From: Pelagibacteraceae bacterium AG-426-G09
GTDB taxonomy: Bacteria > Pseudomonadota > Alphaproteobacteria > Pelagibacterales > Pelagibacteraceae
Direction: 5' to 3'
Assembly (NCBI GenBank): GCA_003210075.1
Contig: QCNR01000003.1
Location: 8,351 to 72,350, forward strand
DNA: 64,000 nucleotides
The notes beneath the pieces are model-generated. The model saw nothing but the letters and a program-made list of their open reading frames with translations. It did no database searches and was not told where the DNA came from. The translations under genes and the position numbers were made by a program. Shown here piece after piece: positions 8,373 to 19,520 of the stretch (position 1 is its first letter; each line of letters opens with the position of its first letter).

Positions 8373-9370
8373 TTAATCTATAGCATGTTCTTCATTTTCA
8401 TCTACAAATTTAATCTTAGCCTCAAACTCTCTCAATCGCTTATAAACACTGGCTAATTCAATAATCGTAGGCCATGCTTTTAATAAATATTGCATCGATC
8501 CTTCTACTCTACCAAACGCACGAATTATTTGTTGCATTACACCTAAGGTAACTGCTCCAGCAACAATTGCAGGTGCTAGAAATACATAAGCAGATAAAAC
8601 ATTTGCCTGCAAATAAGCAATTCTTCCAATATTAAAATACAAATATCTTATATAACTTAAAAAATGAATACTTCTAACCCCTTCAAATAATTCCTCGAGT
8701 GTTTTTGGTCTTACGGTTTCATCATCTTCAGCAATAACAAGAATTTTTCTATAAGCTGCCTCTTTTTTTGAAGGTCATACTCTACCCCAACTAATTTTAA
8801 TAATAATCCTAGTATAATTAAAAAAAATGTTCCACCAATTGACCAAATTAATGCTCCTACTATTAAACCATAATCCCAATCACCAAAAAAAAAAATAGGA
8901 ATTGAAATACTTAAACCAAAAAGAATTGGCATAAATTCAATTAAAATCATTAATGCTTCAATAAAACTTGTACCTAATGACTCCATTATTCTTGAAAATT
9001 TTATTGTATCTTCTTGAACTCTCTGTGATGCACCTTCAATTTTTCTAGCCCTATCATAAACACTATGGTACCATTCTACCATTGACGTTCTCCATCTAAA
9101 TAAATAGTGAGAAGTAAAGAAACTAATTAATACAGCTAGACCTACATACATTGCCGCAAGAGTTATAAATGATAATAAGCTAGACCAATATTCCTCTATT
9201 GTTATTGCATTAGGAGCAGTTAGTGCTTTTTGGATCATGTCGTAAAACTCTCCAAACCACTCGTTTATTTTAACATCAATTTTTACTTGAACCCAAAGTG
9301 AGGAAAGAATTACAAAAGATCCAATCCAAGACCAAAGATACCATTTTTTTTCCGAAAAAAATTTAAACAT
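8373..9370 (-). pseudogene. SbmA/BacA-like peptide transporter, frameshifted at an A-run (~8763-8769)
   Basis: FRWRT, IEGASQRVQEDT, then YDLQKK followed by EAAYRK in another frame. Adding one A restores a single ORF through to IIELASVYKRLREFE. Likely a homopolymer error. Confidence 0.8.
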
Positions 9371-9652
9371 TTATTTTAAAAAATTATCTGAATATGATTT
9401 TTTTACAATTTTTCTTTCTTTAGGTTCTATTAATTCATACTCAATTTTATTTTTCTTAGCGTAATCAATTGCAAGTTCTTTGGTTGCAAACTCTATTTTA
9501 AGTTCTGAGTAAGTATCGTTAGAACTTTCCCATCCCATCAAAGGATTAATTGTAGGATCATTAGTGATAAATTCTATAATCCATTTATCAAATTTTTTTA
9601 ATCCTGACTGCATAGCAGTTTTAGAAGGTTTATATATTTTAGCTTTTTTCAT
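9371..9652 (-). CDS. ETC complex I subunit (NDUFS4-like)
   Basis: [25 protein letters not shown]; start placed at ATG 9652 because the longer ORF overlaps tRNA-Pro. Confidence 0.9.
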   Translation of the reverse strand: MKKAKIYKPSKTAMQSGLKKFDKWIIEFITNDPTINPLMGWESSNDTYSELKIEFATKELAIDYAKKNKIEYELIEPKERKIVKKSYSDNFLK

Positions 9653-9656
9653 AAAC

Positions 9657-9733
<77 letters not shown>

Positions 9734-9828
9734 AAGACTGTACTAATACATTAGAAACACTAAATTTCAAACTATATATATAAGTAAAATAAAAGCTTTT
9801 TTAATAGAATCTGCTATATATTTAATTG

Positions 9829-10296
9829 ATGATAATAACTTGCGTAAAATGCTCAAAAAAATTTAACTTAGATGATAATTTAATTCCCGAAGAAGGAAGA
9901 GAATTACAATGTGGTAGTTGTAACCATAAATGGTTTTTCAGAAAAGAAGTAAAATCGATTAAACTAGAAAATGAGATACCTCAAAATAAATCTAAAGAAA
10001 ATGATATTCTAGATAATTTTATTGATACTGAAGAATCAAACACAAAAGTAGAAAAAAAGATTGAAGTCAGCTCCATAAAAGTAAAAAATGGTCCTAGAAC
10101 AAAAAAAATTAAAACAAATCCAAAAATAGTTAAAAATAGCTTAGTTTTTATTATATCAGTAGTAGCCTTAATTATTTTACTAGATACTTTTAAATTTCAA
10201 TTAAATAGTTATTTCCCTGGATTAGATTCATTGTTGAATAATCTATATGAATCATTAAAAGACCTCTCATTATTTTTTAAAGATCTTATTAACTAA
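9829..10296 (+). CDS. Zinc-ribbon (MJ0042-type) membrane-anchored protein
   Basis: MIITCVKC...GRELQCGSCNHKWF and a C-terminal TM helix. Confidence 0.8.
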   Translation: MIITCVKCSKKFNLDDNLIPEEGRELQCGSCNHKWFFRKEVKSIKLENEIPQNKSKENDILDNFIDTEESNTKVEKKIEVSSIKVKNGPRTKKIKTNPKIVKNSLVFIISVVALIILLDTFKFQLNSYFPGLDSLLNNLYESLKDLSLFFKDLIN

Positions 10297-11469
10297 ATGA
10301 TTAAACATATAACCAATTCTTTTAGATGGTTTTTTAAACTAGAAGCAGCTAGTGGTATTGTACTACTTTTTGCAGCAATTATTGCATTGATAATAAGCAA
10401 TTCAAATTACTCAGGTTTATATTTTGAAACATTAAATAAGTATCTATTCATAGGTATTAATAACTTTGGATTAAAACTAAGTGTATTGCATTGGATAAAT
10501 GATGCATTGATGGCGATATTTTTCTTTTTTGTAACACTAGAAATAAAAAGGGAATTTATTCAAGGGGAATTATCTAACATTAAACAAGCAATGCTTCCAA
10601 TAATTGGTGCTATAGGAGGAATGCTTGTGCCAGCGTTAATTTATGTTGTAGTCAATTTTAATGACCCTGCTACATTAAATGGATGGGCTATACCATCAGC
10701 TACAGATATTGCTTTTTCCCTTGGTGTGCTTTCATTGCTTGGATCAAGAGTACCAATTTCATTAAAAGTTTTTCTAACTGCATTAGCAATTATTGATGAT
10801 TTAGGCGCAATATTGATCATCGCAATATTTTATTCGGGTGACTTAAGCACAAATTATTTATCATTGATGTTACTTTCTTTTTTATTTTTGTTAGTATTAA
10901 ACAAATTTAATGTAAAACGATTTTTACCATATCTAGTAGTTGGCATACTTCTTTGGGACTTTACACATAATTCAGGGATACACGCAACAATTGCCGGTGT
11001 TTTATTAGCAATGACAATACCACATAGAAAAAAAGAAAAAGATTTTTCATTATTAATCAAGGTAGAACATAGCATTAGTCCTTATGTAGCATTTGGTATA
11101 ATGCCTTTATTTGCATTTGCTAACGCAGGAGTTTCTTTGGAAGGGCTATCATTAAGTTCATTGTTAGATAAAGTTCCTTTAGGAATTGTACTAGGATTAT
11201 TTGTTGGTAAACAAATAGGAGTATTTTTATTTTCTTATATTTCAATTAAATTGAAATTTGCTCAATTACCTACCAATTCTAATTGGTATAATTTTTATGG
11301 TGTTGGAGTATTAACTGGAATTGGTTTTACAATGAGTTTGTTTGTTGGAAACTTGGCATTTGTAGAAAATATTCAGTACATGGATGGTGTTAAGATTGGA
11401 GTCCTTACTGGGTCATTATTGTCAACATTATTTGGTTATTTTTTGATATTATTAACACCAAATAAATAA
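10297..11469 (+). CDS. nhaA: Na+/H+ antiporter NhaA
   Basis: HWINDALMAIFF, GWAIPSATDIAF, LAIIDD, GIGFTMSLF. Confidence 0.97.
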   Translation: MIKHITNSFRWFFKLEAASGIVLLFAAIIALIISNSNYSGLYFETLNKYLFIGINNFGLKLSVLHWINDALMAIFFFFVTLEIKREFIQGELSNIKQAMLPIIGAIGGMLVPALIYVVVNFNDPATLNGWAIPSATDIAFSLGVLSLLGSRVPISLKVFLTALAIIDDLGAILIIAIFYSGDLSTNYLSLMLLSFLFLLVLNKFNVKRFLPYLVVGILLWDFTHNSGIHATIAGVLLAMTIPHRKKEKDFSLLIKVEHSISPYVAFGIMPLFAFANAGVSLEGLSLSSLLDKVPLGIVLGLFVGKQIGVFLFSYISIKLKFAQLPTNSNWYNFYGVGVLTGIGFTMSLFVGNLAFVENIQYMDGVKIGVLTGSLLSTLFGYFLILLTPNK

Positions 11470-11474
11470 ACTTA

Positions 11475-12026
11475 ATGAAAGTCAAAATATATTTTTTTAT
11501 TTTTCTACTTATGTTTTTTTTTAAAAACAATTTATCTGCAAATTATGAAAAATTATTTTATGATTTTGACATTAACGATATATCAGGGAACAAATTAAAT
11601 TTAAGTGATTTTAAAAATAAAGTAATTTTATTAGTTAATACAGCTAGCTACTGTGGTTTTACTAAACAATATGATGATCTTCAGTATATTTGGAATAAAT
11701 ATAAAGATAAAAATTTTATTGTTTTGGCCGTGCCATCAAATTCATTTAATCAAGAAAAAAAAACAAATAATGAAGTGAAAGAATTTTGTGAGTTTAATTT
11801 TAATATAACTTTTCCAATAACAGAAATTACTGAAGTAAAAGGTGATTATGCTCATTCAATTTATAAATGGGCGATACAAAATCATGGCTCATCAGCAAAA
11901 CCAAAGTGGAATTTTCATAAAATTTTAATCAATAAAGAAGGAAAAATTGAAAATACATATTCATCATTAACAAGTCCAAAATCAAAAAAAATTACTTCTG
12001 AAATAGAAAAATTAATTAATTATTAA
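11475..12026 (+). CDS. Glutathione peroxidase family protein (Cys type, signal peptide)
   Basis: VNTASYCGFT, PSNSFNQE, PKWNFHKILI. Confidence 0.92.
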   Translation: MKVKIYFFIFLLMFFFKNNLSANYEKLFYDFDINDISGNKLNLSDFKNKVILLVNTASYCGFTKQYDDLQYIWNKYKDKNFIVLAVPSNSFNQEKKTNNEVKEFCEFNFNITFPITEITEVKGDYAHSIYKWAIQNHGSSAKPKWNFHKILINKEGKIENTYSSLTSPKSKKITSEIEKLINY

Positions 12027-12785
12027 TTTCATTCCATCGTATGCAGGAAAAACGTTTTTAGGAAGCTTACTTTTTAGTTTTTCGTAATCTAACGAACTAT
12101 GTAAATTTGTTAAGACAGTATACTTTGGTTTTATAAACTTAATTAGATTTAAAATTTTTTCCAAATTAAAATGTGATGGATGTGACTCTTCTCTTAAACA
12201 ATCTACTACAAAATATTTTAAATTATTAAGATTTGAGTAATTTTTTTTTTTAATGAAACTAACATCACTAGCATAAGCTAGTTTATTGTTTACAGTATAA
12301 CAGACACTGTTAATTGCTCCGTGTTCTACCTCAAAAGAGGTTATTTTTATTTGGTTTTTTAAAAAAAGGTGCTTTTTCTTTAGATTTTTTAATATCATAA
12401 TTGGTGGATAAAAATTACTAGTTTTTTTAAAACAATATTTAAATGAGTTTAACAAAAATTTTGCAGTGCTTTTGTTTGCGTAGACAGGTATTTGTCTTCT
12501 GTTCTTTAAATAAAAGAATCTTAAATCATTGATGCCGTGAGTTTGATCAGCATGTTCATGAGTATAAAATACACAATTCAAAGATTTTATTTTATTTTTT
12601 AAAAATTGCTGTCTTATATCAGGAGAGGAATCAATTAATAAGTTAAAGTTTTTTGCACTCAATATTGCTGAACATCTAGTACGAAAATTTTTTTTATTTT
12701 TAGGATTACATTTACCAAAGTTTCCATCAATTCTCGGCACACCTAAAGAACTACCACTACCTAATATTGTAAAAACAATTCTCAT
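12012..12785 (-). CDS. MBL-fold metallohydrolase (PhnP-like)
   Basis: LGSGSSLGVP, THEHADQTHG; conserved position after tatD. Confidence 0.9.
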   Translation of the reverse strand: MRIVFTILGSGSSLGVPRIDGNFGKCNPKNKKNFRTRCSAILSAKNFNLLIDSSPDIRQQFLKNKIKSLNCVFYTHEHADQTHGINDLRFFYLKNRRQIPVYANKSTAKFLLNSFKYCFKKTSNFYPPIMILKNLKKKHLFLKNQIKITSFEVEHGAINSVCYTVNNKLAYASDVSFIKKKNYSNLNNLKYFVVDCLREESHPSHFNLEKILNLIKFIKPKYTVLTNLHSSLDYEKLKSKLPKNVFPAYDGMKLIIN

Positions 12786-13546
12786 TTTGACGAGAATAAA
12801 TTATTAAAATTAAATGTTGTAATATTATCCATTTCATCAAAAGTACATTCTTTAATCTCAGCCAGCTTCTCTAGTGTATATTTAATATATGATGGTTCAT
12901 TGCTTTTTCCTCGCATAGGAATTGGCGCCAAAAAGGGACTATCTGTTTCAACTATTAATTTTTCTTTTGGAATATTTGCGAAAGTCCTTCTTAAGTCAGA
13001 GGAATTTTTAAAGGTGATAATGCCGCTTGCAGAGAAATAACTATTTAAATCCATCAATTTTTTGGCGAATTCATAAGATCCAGTAAAGCAATGCATTAAT
13101 ATTTTAATATTATAATTTTTAAAATGGTTAAGAATATTGAATGTATCTGACTCTGCATTTCTTGAATGTACTATCAGCGGCAAATCAGTTTCTATACATG
13201 CCTCTATATGATTTTCAAAACTTTTAATTTGATTTTTCCTATCACTGTTATTGTAATAAAAATCTAATCCTGTCTCTCCTATTCCAATTATTTTTTTAGA
13301 AATTTTTGTATTTTCAATTATATCAGTTTTAGATACCAAATATTCATCAGCCTCATGTGGGTGAATACCAAATGTACCATAAATAATTGGATCAATATTT
13401 ATAATTTTTTTAATATTTTCAAAACTTTTTAGATTAGTGCAAATGGTTAGCATTTTTGTTATACCAATTTCTTTTGATCTTAAAATAATCTGGTTTAAAT
13501 TATCATTAAATGAATCATGATCTAAATGACAGTGTGAATCAATCAT
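12782..13546 (-). CDS. TatD family hydrolase
   Basis: IDSHCHL, GIHPH, IGETGLD, HCF, ETDSPFLAP. Confidence 0.95.
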   Translation of the reverse strand: MIDSHCHLDHDSFNDNLNQIILRSKEIGITKMLTICTNLKSFENIKKIINIDPIIYGTFGIHPHEADEYLVSKTDIIENTKISKKIIGIGETGLDFYYNNSDRKNQIKSFENHIEACIETDLPLIVHSRNAESDTFNILNHFKNYNIKILMHCFTGSYEFAKKLMDLNSYFSASGIITFKNSSDLRRTFANIPKEKLIVETDSPFLAPIPMRGKSNEPSYIKYTLEKLAEIKECTFDEMDNITTFNFNNLFSSK

Positions 13547-15077
13547 TGTTGAGAACTTTTCTAAATAATATGTTTATTTTATTTATTTCCATACTTGGTT
13601 TTAAAAACTCATTGTTTCTAATTGAGTTTATAGTTAAATTTGTTTCTTTGACATTAAAAATACTCAATGCTTCTAATGAACTGTTTGGAATAACTGGATA
13701 TAATAAAATGGATATTTTTCTTATTAATTCAAGGGATGTATAAATTATTGTATTTAATCGTTTAATATCATTCTTTTTTTTCCATGGTTCTTGATCATTG
13801 AAATATTTATTTGCTAAAAACATTTGATCAACAATAAAGTTCATATATGAATTAATATTTTGATTATTAATATAATCAATTAAATTTTGATAATTTTTTG
13901 AAAAATTATTTAATATATTTAAATCCTCTTCATTAAATCTATCTGGTTTTGGAATTTTTAATGAAATATTTTTTTCTGTAAATGCAAGTACTCTTTGACA
14001 TAAATTTCCAAAATTATTTGCGAGATCACTGTTGATGCAAGAAATAAGCTTATCTTTTGATATATTTCCATCGTTTCCAAAAGATACTTCTTTTAATAAA
14101 TAATATCTTAGAGGATCTAAACCATATTCATTAATTATTTCTATTGGATCCAAGATATTACCTTTTGATTTTGACATTTTCTCTTCTCCTGAAAGAATCC
14201 AGCCATGACCATAAATTCTTTTTGGTGTAGGTAAATCAGCGGCTAATAAAAATGCAGGCCAGTAAACTGCATGAAATCTCAATATATCTTTACCAATCAT
14301 ATGCAAATCAGCTGGCCAAAAATTTTTGTATAATTTATCATTAATATTTGGATAATTTAAAGCGCTTATATAATTTGTAAGTGCATCCAACCAAACATAA
14401 ATAACATGATCTTTATTTGACGGTACTTGTATTCCCCATGTAAATGATTTTCTACTAACTGATAAGTCTTTTAGTCCAGATTTAACAAAGCTTACAACTT
14501 CATTTTTTCTAGATTTGGGCAAAATAAAATTTTCATTATTTTCATAAAGATCAAGTAATTTATCTTGCCATTTTGACAATTTAAAAAAATAAGACTCTTC
14601 TTCAACCCACTCTACTGGAGATCCAGAAGATTTAGATGTTTTAACACCATTAATTTCCTCAATCTCATCTTCTAAATAAAATGCCTCGTCAGAAACTGAA
14701 TACCAACCCGCATATTTAGAAAGATAAATTTCACCTTTTTTTTCTAAAATATTCCATAAATTTTGAACAGATTTGTGATGTCTATCTTCTGTTGTTCTTA
14801 TGAATTCATTATTAGATAAATTTAAAGTTTTTGATAAATCTTTAAAGGTTTTACTAATTTCATCACAAAATTCTAAAGGTTTTTTATTAACTTTTTCAGC
14901 AGCTCTTTGTATTTTTTGCCCATGTTCATCAGTACCAGTCAGAAAGAAAACATTAAAACCTTCTATTTTTTTAAATCTAGCAAAAAAATCAGCAACAATA
15001 CTTGAATAAGCATGGCCCATATGTGGTCTAGCTGATGGGTAATAGATGGGTGTTGTTATAAAAAAATTTTTACTCAT
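13539..15077 (-). CDS. metG: Methionine--tRNA ligase
   Basis: ITTPIYY, HMGH, GTDEHGQK, KMSKS. Confidence 0.97.
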   Translation of the reverse strand: MSKNFFITTPIYYPSARPHMGHAYSSIVADFFARFKKIEGFNVFFLTGTDEHGQKIQRAAEKVNKKPLEFCDEISKTFKDLSKTLNLSNNEFIRTTEDRHHKSVQNLWNILEKKGEIYLSKYAGWYSVSDEAFYLEDEIEEINGVKTSKSSGSPVEWVEEESYFFKLSKWQDKLLDLYENNENFILPKSRKNEVVSFVKSGLKDLSVSRKSFTWGIQVPSNKDHVIYVWLDALTNYISALNYPNINDKLYKNFWPADLHMIGKDILRFHAVYWPAFLLAADLPTPKRIYGHGWILSGEEKMSKSKGNILDPIEIINEYGLDPLRYYLLKEVSFGNDGNISKDKLISCINSDLANNFGNLCQRVLAFTEKNISLKIPKPDRFNEEDLNILNNFSKNYQNLIDYINNQNINSYMNFIVDQMFLANKYFNDQEPWKKKNDIKRLNTIIYTSLELIRKISILLYPVIPNSSLEALSIFNVKETNLTINSIRNNEFLKPSMEINKINILFRKVLNND

Positions 15078-15089
15078 AATAATATTGAA

Positions 15090-16016
15090 TTAAATATTAA
15101 GATATTTATTCTCAAATTTGACAAAAAAACTGTCTAAATCTAAATTAAAATTATTAATTAAATTATTTTCTTCTACAATTTTTAAAAAATTATCATAATA
15201 TTTATAATCTTTAGTTTTTGAATACATCTTAGTAAAAAAAATTTCAATATATGTTTGGAAATCATTTATGATAAAATCATTTTTTTTGTAGAATTTGTTA
15301 TCAATTATATTTTGTATCATTAATTTAACATTTAAAGAATTTAATTCCAAATTATTATCTTGTGAAAAGATTATGTGTTTTATTAAAAAACCTGGTGCTA
15401 TAAAAGTAGATTTAAAATCTTCATTTAATTCACTATATAAATCTTGGTTAAAATAACTATTTATAATATTTTTATTATAGGAATAATTAAAATTTAATTT
15501 GTAAATTAAACATCTCGATTTAATTGTATCAAGTAAATTTTTATTTGAGTTATAGGATAATATAAAGCAGTTTTTTTCATCAGAATCTTCTAAACTTTTA
15601 AGCAATGCATTTGAAGAACTTGGATTCAAATTTTCTGCACCATCTATAAGAATAATTTTTCTATTATTATCCAAGGAAGATTTATTAAGAAAACTAATCA
15701 TTTTTCTTATTTGTTCAACATCTATATTTTTTTTATCTTTACTTTTTGAAATAAAATAGAAATTTGGATGTGTAAGATTATTTATAAGATTATATGCAAC
15801 GCTTTTGGAATTAATCTGATTATTTTTAATATCATACTTTGTACTTTCATTTTTTGATAACAAATAATTTATCATATGTAATGAAAAAGTAGTTTTTCCA
15901 GTATCTTCTTTTCCCGCTAACAATATTTTTGAGGGTAGCTTATTTTTTTGGTCTAAATCAACTAATTGAAGGAATATTTCATTATATGAAAATAATTTTA
16001 AATTATATTTAAGCAT
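15090..16016 (-). CDS. holB: DNA polymerase III delta' subunit
   Basis: Walker A-like GKEDTGKT, HPNF, SNALLKSLE, TIKSRC; lies between tmk and metG. Confidence 0.85.
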   Translation of the reverse strand: MLKYNLKLFSYNEIFLQLVDLDQKNKLPSKILLAGKEDTGKTTFSLHMINYLLSKNESTKYDIKNNQINSKSVAYNLINNLTHPNFYFISKSKDKKNIDVEQIRKMISFLNKSSLDNNRKIILIDGAENLNPSSSNALLKSLEDSDEKNCFILSYNSNKNLLDTIKSRCLIYKLNFNYSYNKNIINSYFNQDLYSELNEDFKSTFIAPGFLIKHIIFSQDNNLELNSLNVKLMIQNIIDNKFYKKNDFIINDFQTYIEIFFTKMYSKTKDYKYYDNFLKIVEENNLINNFNLDLDSFFVKFENKYLNI

Positions 16017-16018
16017 AG

Positions 16019-16633
16019 TTATATAATTTTAAGAATATTACTTAAAACTTTATTTTTGATCTCTTTAAGGTCTTTATTCGAATCAATAAAAACATAGTTT
16101 GATTTATTTTTAGATATCTTAACATAACCTGATTGAACTTTTTTATAAAATTTAATTTTAAATTTATCGTATCTATTCTTGTTTTTTCTCAATTTAAGTC
16201 TTTTGATAAGATTTTTCATACTTATAATATTAATAAAAATTAAATCAGGTTTAATATTTTTTAATAAAAGTTTATTTATAAAGTTGATTAAGTATTTATT
16301 TTGACCCATTCCATAATGTTGATAAGCTATTGTAGAGTCTGTGAAACGATCCATTAGAATAATTTTTTTTTTATAATTTTTTTTAATAACATTTTCAACA
16401 ATTTCGCTTCTTGCAGCTAAATAAAGCATAAGATCAGTGAATGAATTGAATTTATTTTTTTTGTTTAAAATAATTTTTCTAATAGTTTCTGAGTTTTTAT
16501 TTCCTCCAGGCTCTCTTATTTTAATAAAGGTTTTATTTTTTTTCTTTAAATAATTTGAAACATAATTAATAAGTGTAGTTTTTCCTGAACCTTCTATTCC
16601 CTCGAATACAATCAAAGGTTTTTGTTTAGACAT
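16019..16633 (-). CDS. tmk: dTMP kinase
   Basis: FEGIEGSGKTT, REPGG, DRFTDSTIAYQ. Confidence 0.96.
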   Translation of the reverse strand: MSKQKPLIVFEGIEGSGKTTLINYVSNYLKKKNKTFIKIREPGGNKNSETIRKIILNKKNKFNSFTDLMLYLAARSEIVENVIKKNYKKKIILMDRFTDSTIAYQHYGMGQNKYLINFINKLLLKNIKPDLIFINIISMKNLIKRLKLRKNKNRYDKFKIKFYKKVQSGYVKISKNKSNYVFIDSNKDLKEIKNKVLSNILKII

Positions 16634-17774
16634 CGCCCCAAATTAAAAAATTAATAGATCTAATAAGTTTGGTAAATTTGTTGACTTCATCAATATTTTC
16701 TGAGGCAAGTAGGTCAAATGTCTCTATTAAATCATCTTTATAAAAAATTTTAACTTCTCCAACCTTTTGATCTTTTTCTATTGGTGCTTTTATTGGTGCA
16801 TCGTAGTTAAGAATTACTTTTAAATTTCTAAGTCTTGCTTTTTTAATTGTTTTATAAACATTTTGTGTTAGATGAGTTTTAACTGTATTTTTTTTTCCTA
16901 ACCAAACTTCTAAATCATGAAATGATTCTTGGTTATTATAAATTTCAACTGTATCAAAATTTGTTAGACCGTAAGTTAAAAGTCTTGCAGATTGTTTAGA
17001 TCTTGAAGTTTTTGAATTAAAACCACTACCTACAGCTATTAATCTTCTTCCTTTTCTTACGACGGAAGAAGCTAAGGAATATTTTTCTACAGCTAAGTAT
17101 CCAGTTTTTATACCGTCTGCACCAATATTCTTATATAGAAGAGGATTTCTATTGCCTTGTTTTATTGGATCCCCTCCTGTTCTATCCCATGTAAATTCTT
17201 TCTCAGCAAAATATTTATAAAATTCAGGAAAATTTCTAATTAAATAATCAGACATAATTAATATATCTCTAGCTGTAGAATAATTGTCAGGATCGTTAAT
17301 TCCTGAGGCATTTGAAAAATTTGTATTATACATACCTATCTCTTGAGCTTTAGAAGTCATCATAACTGCAAATTCCTCTTCTGAACCCGCTATACCTTCG
17401 GCCAATGTTACACAAGCGTCGTTTCCTGAGGCTACAATGATACCTCTTAATAAATTTTCAACAGTAACTTCGTCACCAACCATGATAAACATAGAAGAAT
17501 ATCCAGCATTAGCAAGTCTCCATGCATTTTCAGAAACTAAAAATTTTTCATCTAAACTAAGTTGTCCTTTTTTTATCAAATCAAAAGCAATTATAGATGT
17601 CATTATTTTAGTCATAGAAGCTGGATATATTGACATATCAGCATCTTTTTCATAAAGGATTTCACCGGATAAATAATCTTGCAGAATAGCTGTTTTGGCT
17701 TCAACATTAAACTCAGTAGCTTTTGAATTAGTAAAAAATATTAATATAAAAAGAAATATAAATAATTGTTTCAT
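16626..17774 (-). CDS. D-alanyl-D-alanine carboxypeptidase (PBP5/6 family)
   Basis: SxxK (ASMTK), SxN (SGN) and KTG motifs; signal peptide. Confidence 0.95.
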   Translation of the reverse strand: MKQLFIFLFILIFFTNSKATEFNVEAKTAILQDYLSGEILYEKDADMSIYPASMTKIMTSIIAFDLIKKGQLSLDEKFLVSENAWRLANAGYSSMFIMVGDEVTVENLLRGIIVASGNDACVTLAEGIAGSEEEFAVMMTSKAQEIGMYNTNFSNASGINDPDNYSTARDILIMSDYLIRNFPEFYKYFAEKEFTWDRTGGDPIKQGNRNPLLYKNIGADGIKTGYLAVEKYSLASSVVRKGRRLIAVGSGFNSKTSRSKQSARLLTYGLTNFDTVEIYNNQESFHDLEVWLGKKNTVKTHLTQNVYKTIKKARLRNLKVILNYDAPIKAPIEKDQKVGEVKIFYKDDLIETFDLLASENIDEVNKFTKLIRSINFLIWGDV

Positions 17775-18532
17775 TGTTTAATTAATTCCAAATTTTCGAA
17801 GTAAAGACTTTCTATTTGATCAAAATCTTTTCTAAGTTTTTCAATAGATTTATATGGACCGATTGATAGTCTAAAATTATTTTTTGCAGTTTTAACAATA
17901 TTAATTTTTTTAATATTAGTTTCTGACATTATACGTTCTTTTACCAAATTTGCCGAATCTTCATAATAAAAATTTGCAATTTTAATTATATAATTAAATT
18001 TTTTTGTTAATTTTGTGTCTTTTTGTTTAATTTCATCAGATTTAGAAATATTTACTATATTAACACCTTCAACAGGTGCTTTATTAGCAACATTTTTTTC
18101 TTCTTCAAAAGTTTTAGCTTTACCAGCATAAAAAACTGAATTTTGATCTACTGACTCAATAGATATAAATGGTTCTTTTAAATCTAATTCAATTTCACTA
18201 GCAATTCTAGCTGTAATTACAGAATTATAAAAATTTGGATACTTAGAGTTACTTTTTACAGTAGCTATAACTGATTTGTTATTAAGCAGGTTTGTTATTT
18301 TAACCGTCGTATTTTTTTTTAAATTTCTTTGAAAAACAAATAAATCTCTATCTTGTAATTTTTTATTAACTAATTTATTTTTATATAAATCATCTGAGTA
18401 AACTAACGTAAAACCATTATTAGAATATTTTTGAAAGATTGTTGGCTCCAAAACAGATTTTTTGCTTAAATTTTGATTGGCACAAGAAGTTAAAAAAATA
18501 AAAAAAATTATCAAAAAAAAATTACATTTCAT
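17771..18532 (-). CDS. RlpA-like lipoprotein with C-terminal SPOR domain
   Basis: Lipobox LTSC, VKITNLLN.KSVI (DPBB-like), C-terminal FRLSIGP (SPOR); position between mltB and dac. Confidence 0.7.
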   Translation of the reverse strand: MKCNFFLIIFFIFLTSCANQNLSKKSVLEPTIFQKYSNNGFTLVYSDDLYKNKLVNKKLQDRDLFVFQRNLKKNTTVKITNLLNNKSVIATVKSNSKYPNFYNSVITARIASEIELDLKEPFISIESVDQNSVFYAGKAKTFEEEKNVANKAPVEGVNIVNISKSDEIKQKDTKLTKKFNYIIKIANFYYEDSANLVKERIMSETNIKKINIVKTAKNNFRLSIGPYKSIEKLRKDFDQIESLYFENLELIKQ

Positions 18533-19520
18533 CAACAAACTTATCCTTCAATGTACAGACAGCTAAACCAAAACGAAGAGATCTATTCCATTTTAATATT
18601 ATTTCATAGTTATCATAAATAACATAGGCAGGAGAAAATAAATTTGAGTTTTCAACAATCTCCTTATCTGGGGTTATTATACCTACTATTTCATTACCAT
18701 TACCTAGTTCATTAGTATAATTTTTTATATATTTTTTAAAAAATGATAATTTTTTTTTATTCTTTATTTTTTTTGCTGAAAAATTCAGATATTTAGTTGG
18801 TATATTTTCATTTAAAATAATTTCTTCAAAACATTTTCCTTTAAAATTCCAGCCCATTTTATTCAAGTAATTAGCAGCTGAAGCAAATGAATCTTCTGTG
18901 GATTTTAAATCAATTAAATTGTCATTATTATAATCAATAGCATTATTCAAAATAGTTGAAGGCATAAACTGAAAATTACCAAATGCACCAGCCCAAGAAC
19001 CATAAAGTTCATTTGCTTTAATTTTTTTTTCATCAATAAGCTTTAAAGCAATAATTAATTCTTTTGTAAAAAATTCACTTCTTCTTTGATCAAAACTAAG
19101 TGTTGCTAGAGAAGAAAGTATATCCATTTTACCAAGATATCTGCCAAAATTAGTTTCTATTCCCATTAATGACAGCAAGAGTTCTTTTTCAACTTCAAAT
19201 TTTTTTTCAACTTCGTTAATAAATTTTATATTTTTATTAAAAGTTTTTAATCCAATATTTACTTTTTTGTAATTTGCTCTTTTTCCAATATAAGTAGATG
19301 TGTCTTCATAAAATTCAGGCTGATATCTATCATATTCTATTACTTTAGGTAAGAATTTTAGATCATTAATAACTAATGACAAAGTTTTTTGACTTACGCC
19401 TTGCAAGAATGCATATTTAGCAAAACTTGCTTTCCATTCATCAAAAGTTTCACTATATGATGTTTTTGGAAATAATAAGATATAAAGTATAAAAAATAAT
19501 ATAAATTTAATTTTTTTCAT
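18522..19520 (-). CDS. Lytic murein transglycosylase (MltB family)
   Basis: GIETNFG, GSWAGAFGNFQFMPS, ASAANYL...GW. Confidence 0.92.
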   Translation of the reverse strand: MKKIKFILFFILYILLFPKTSYSETFDEWKASFAKYAFLQGVSQKTLSLVINDLKFLPKVIEYDRYQPEFYEDTSTYIGKRANYKKVNIGLKTFNKNIKFINEVEKKFEVEKELLLSLMGIETNFGRYLGKMDILSSLATLSFDQRRSEFFTKELIIALKLIDEKKIKANELYGSWAGAFGNFQFMPSTILNNAIDYNNDNLIDLKSTEDSFASAANYLNKMGWNFKGKCFEEIILNENIPTKYLNFSAKKIKNKKKLSFFKKYIKNYTNELGNGNEIVGIITPDKEIVENSNLFSPAYVIYDNYEIILKWNRSLRFGLAVCTLKDKFVDEM

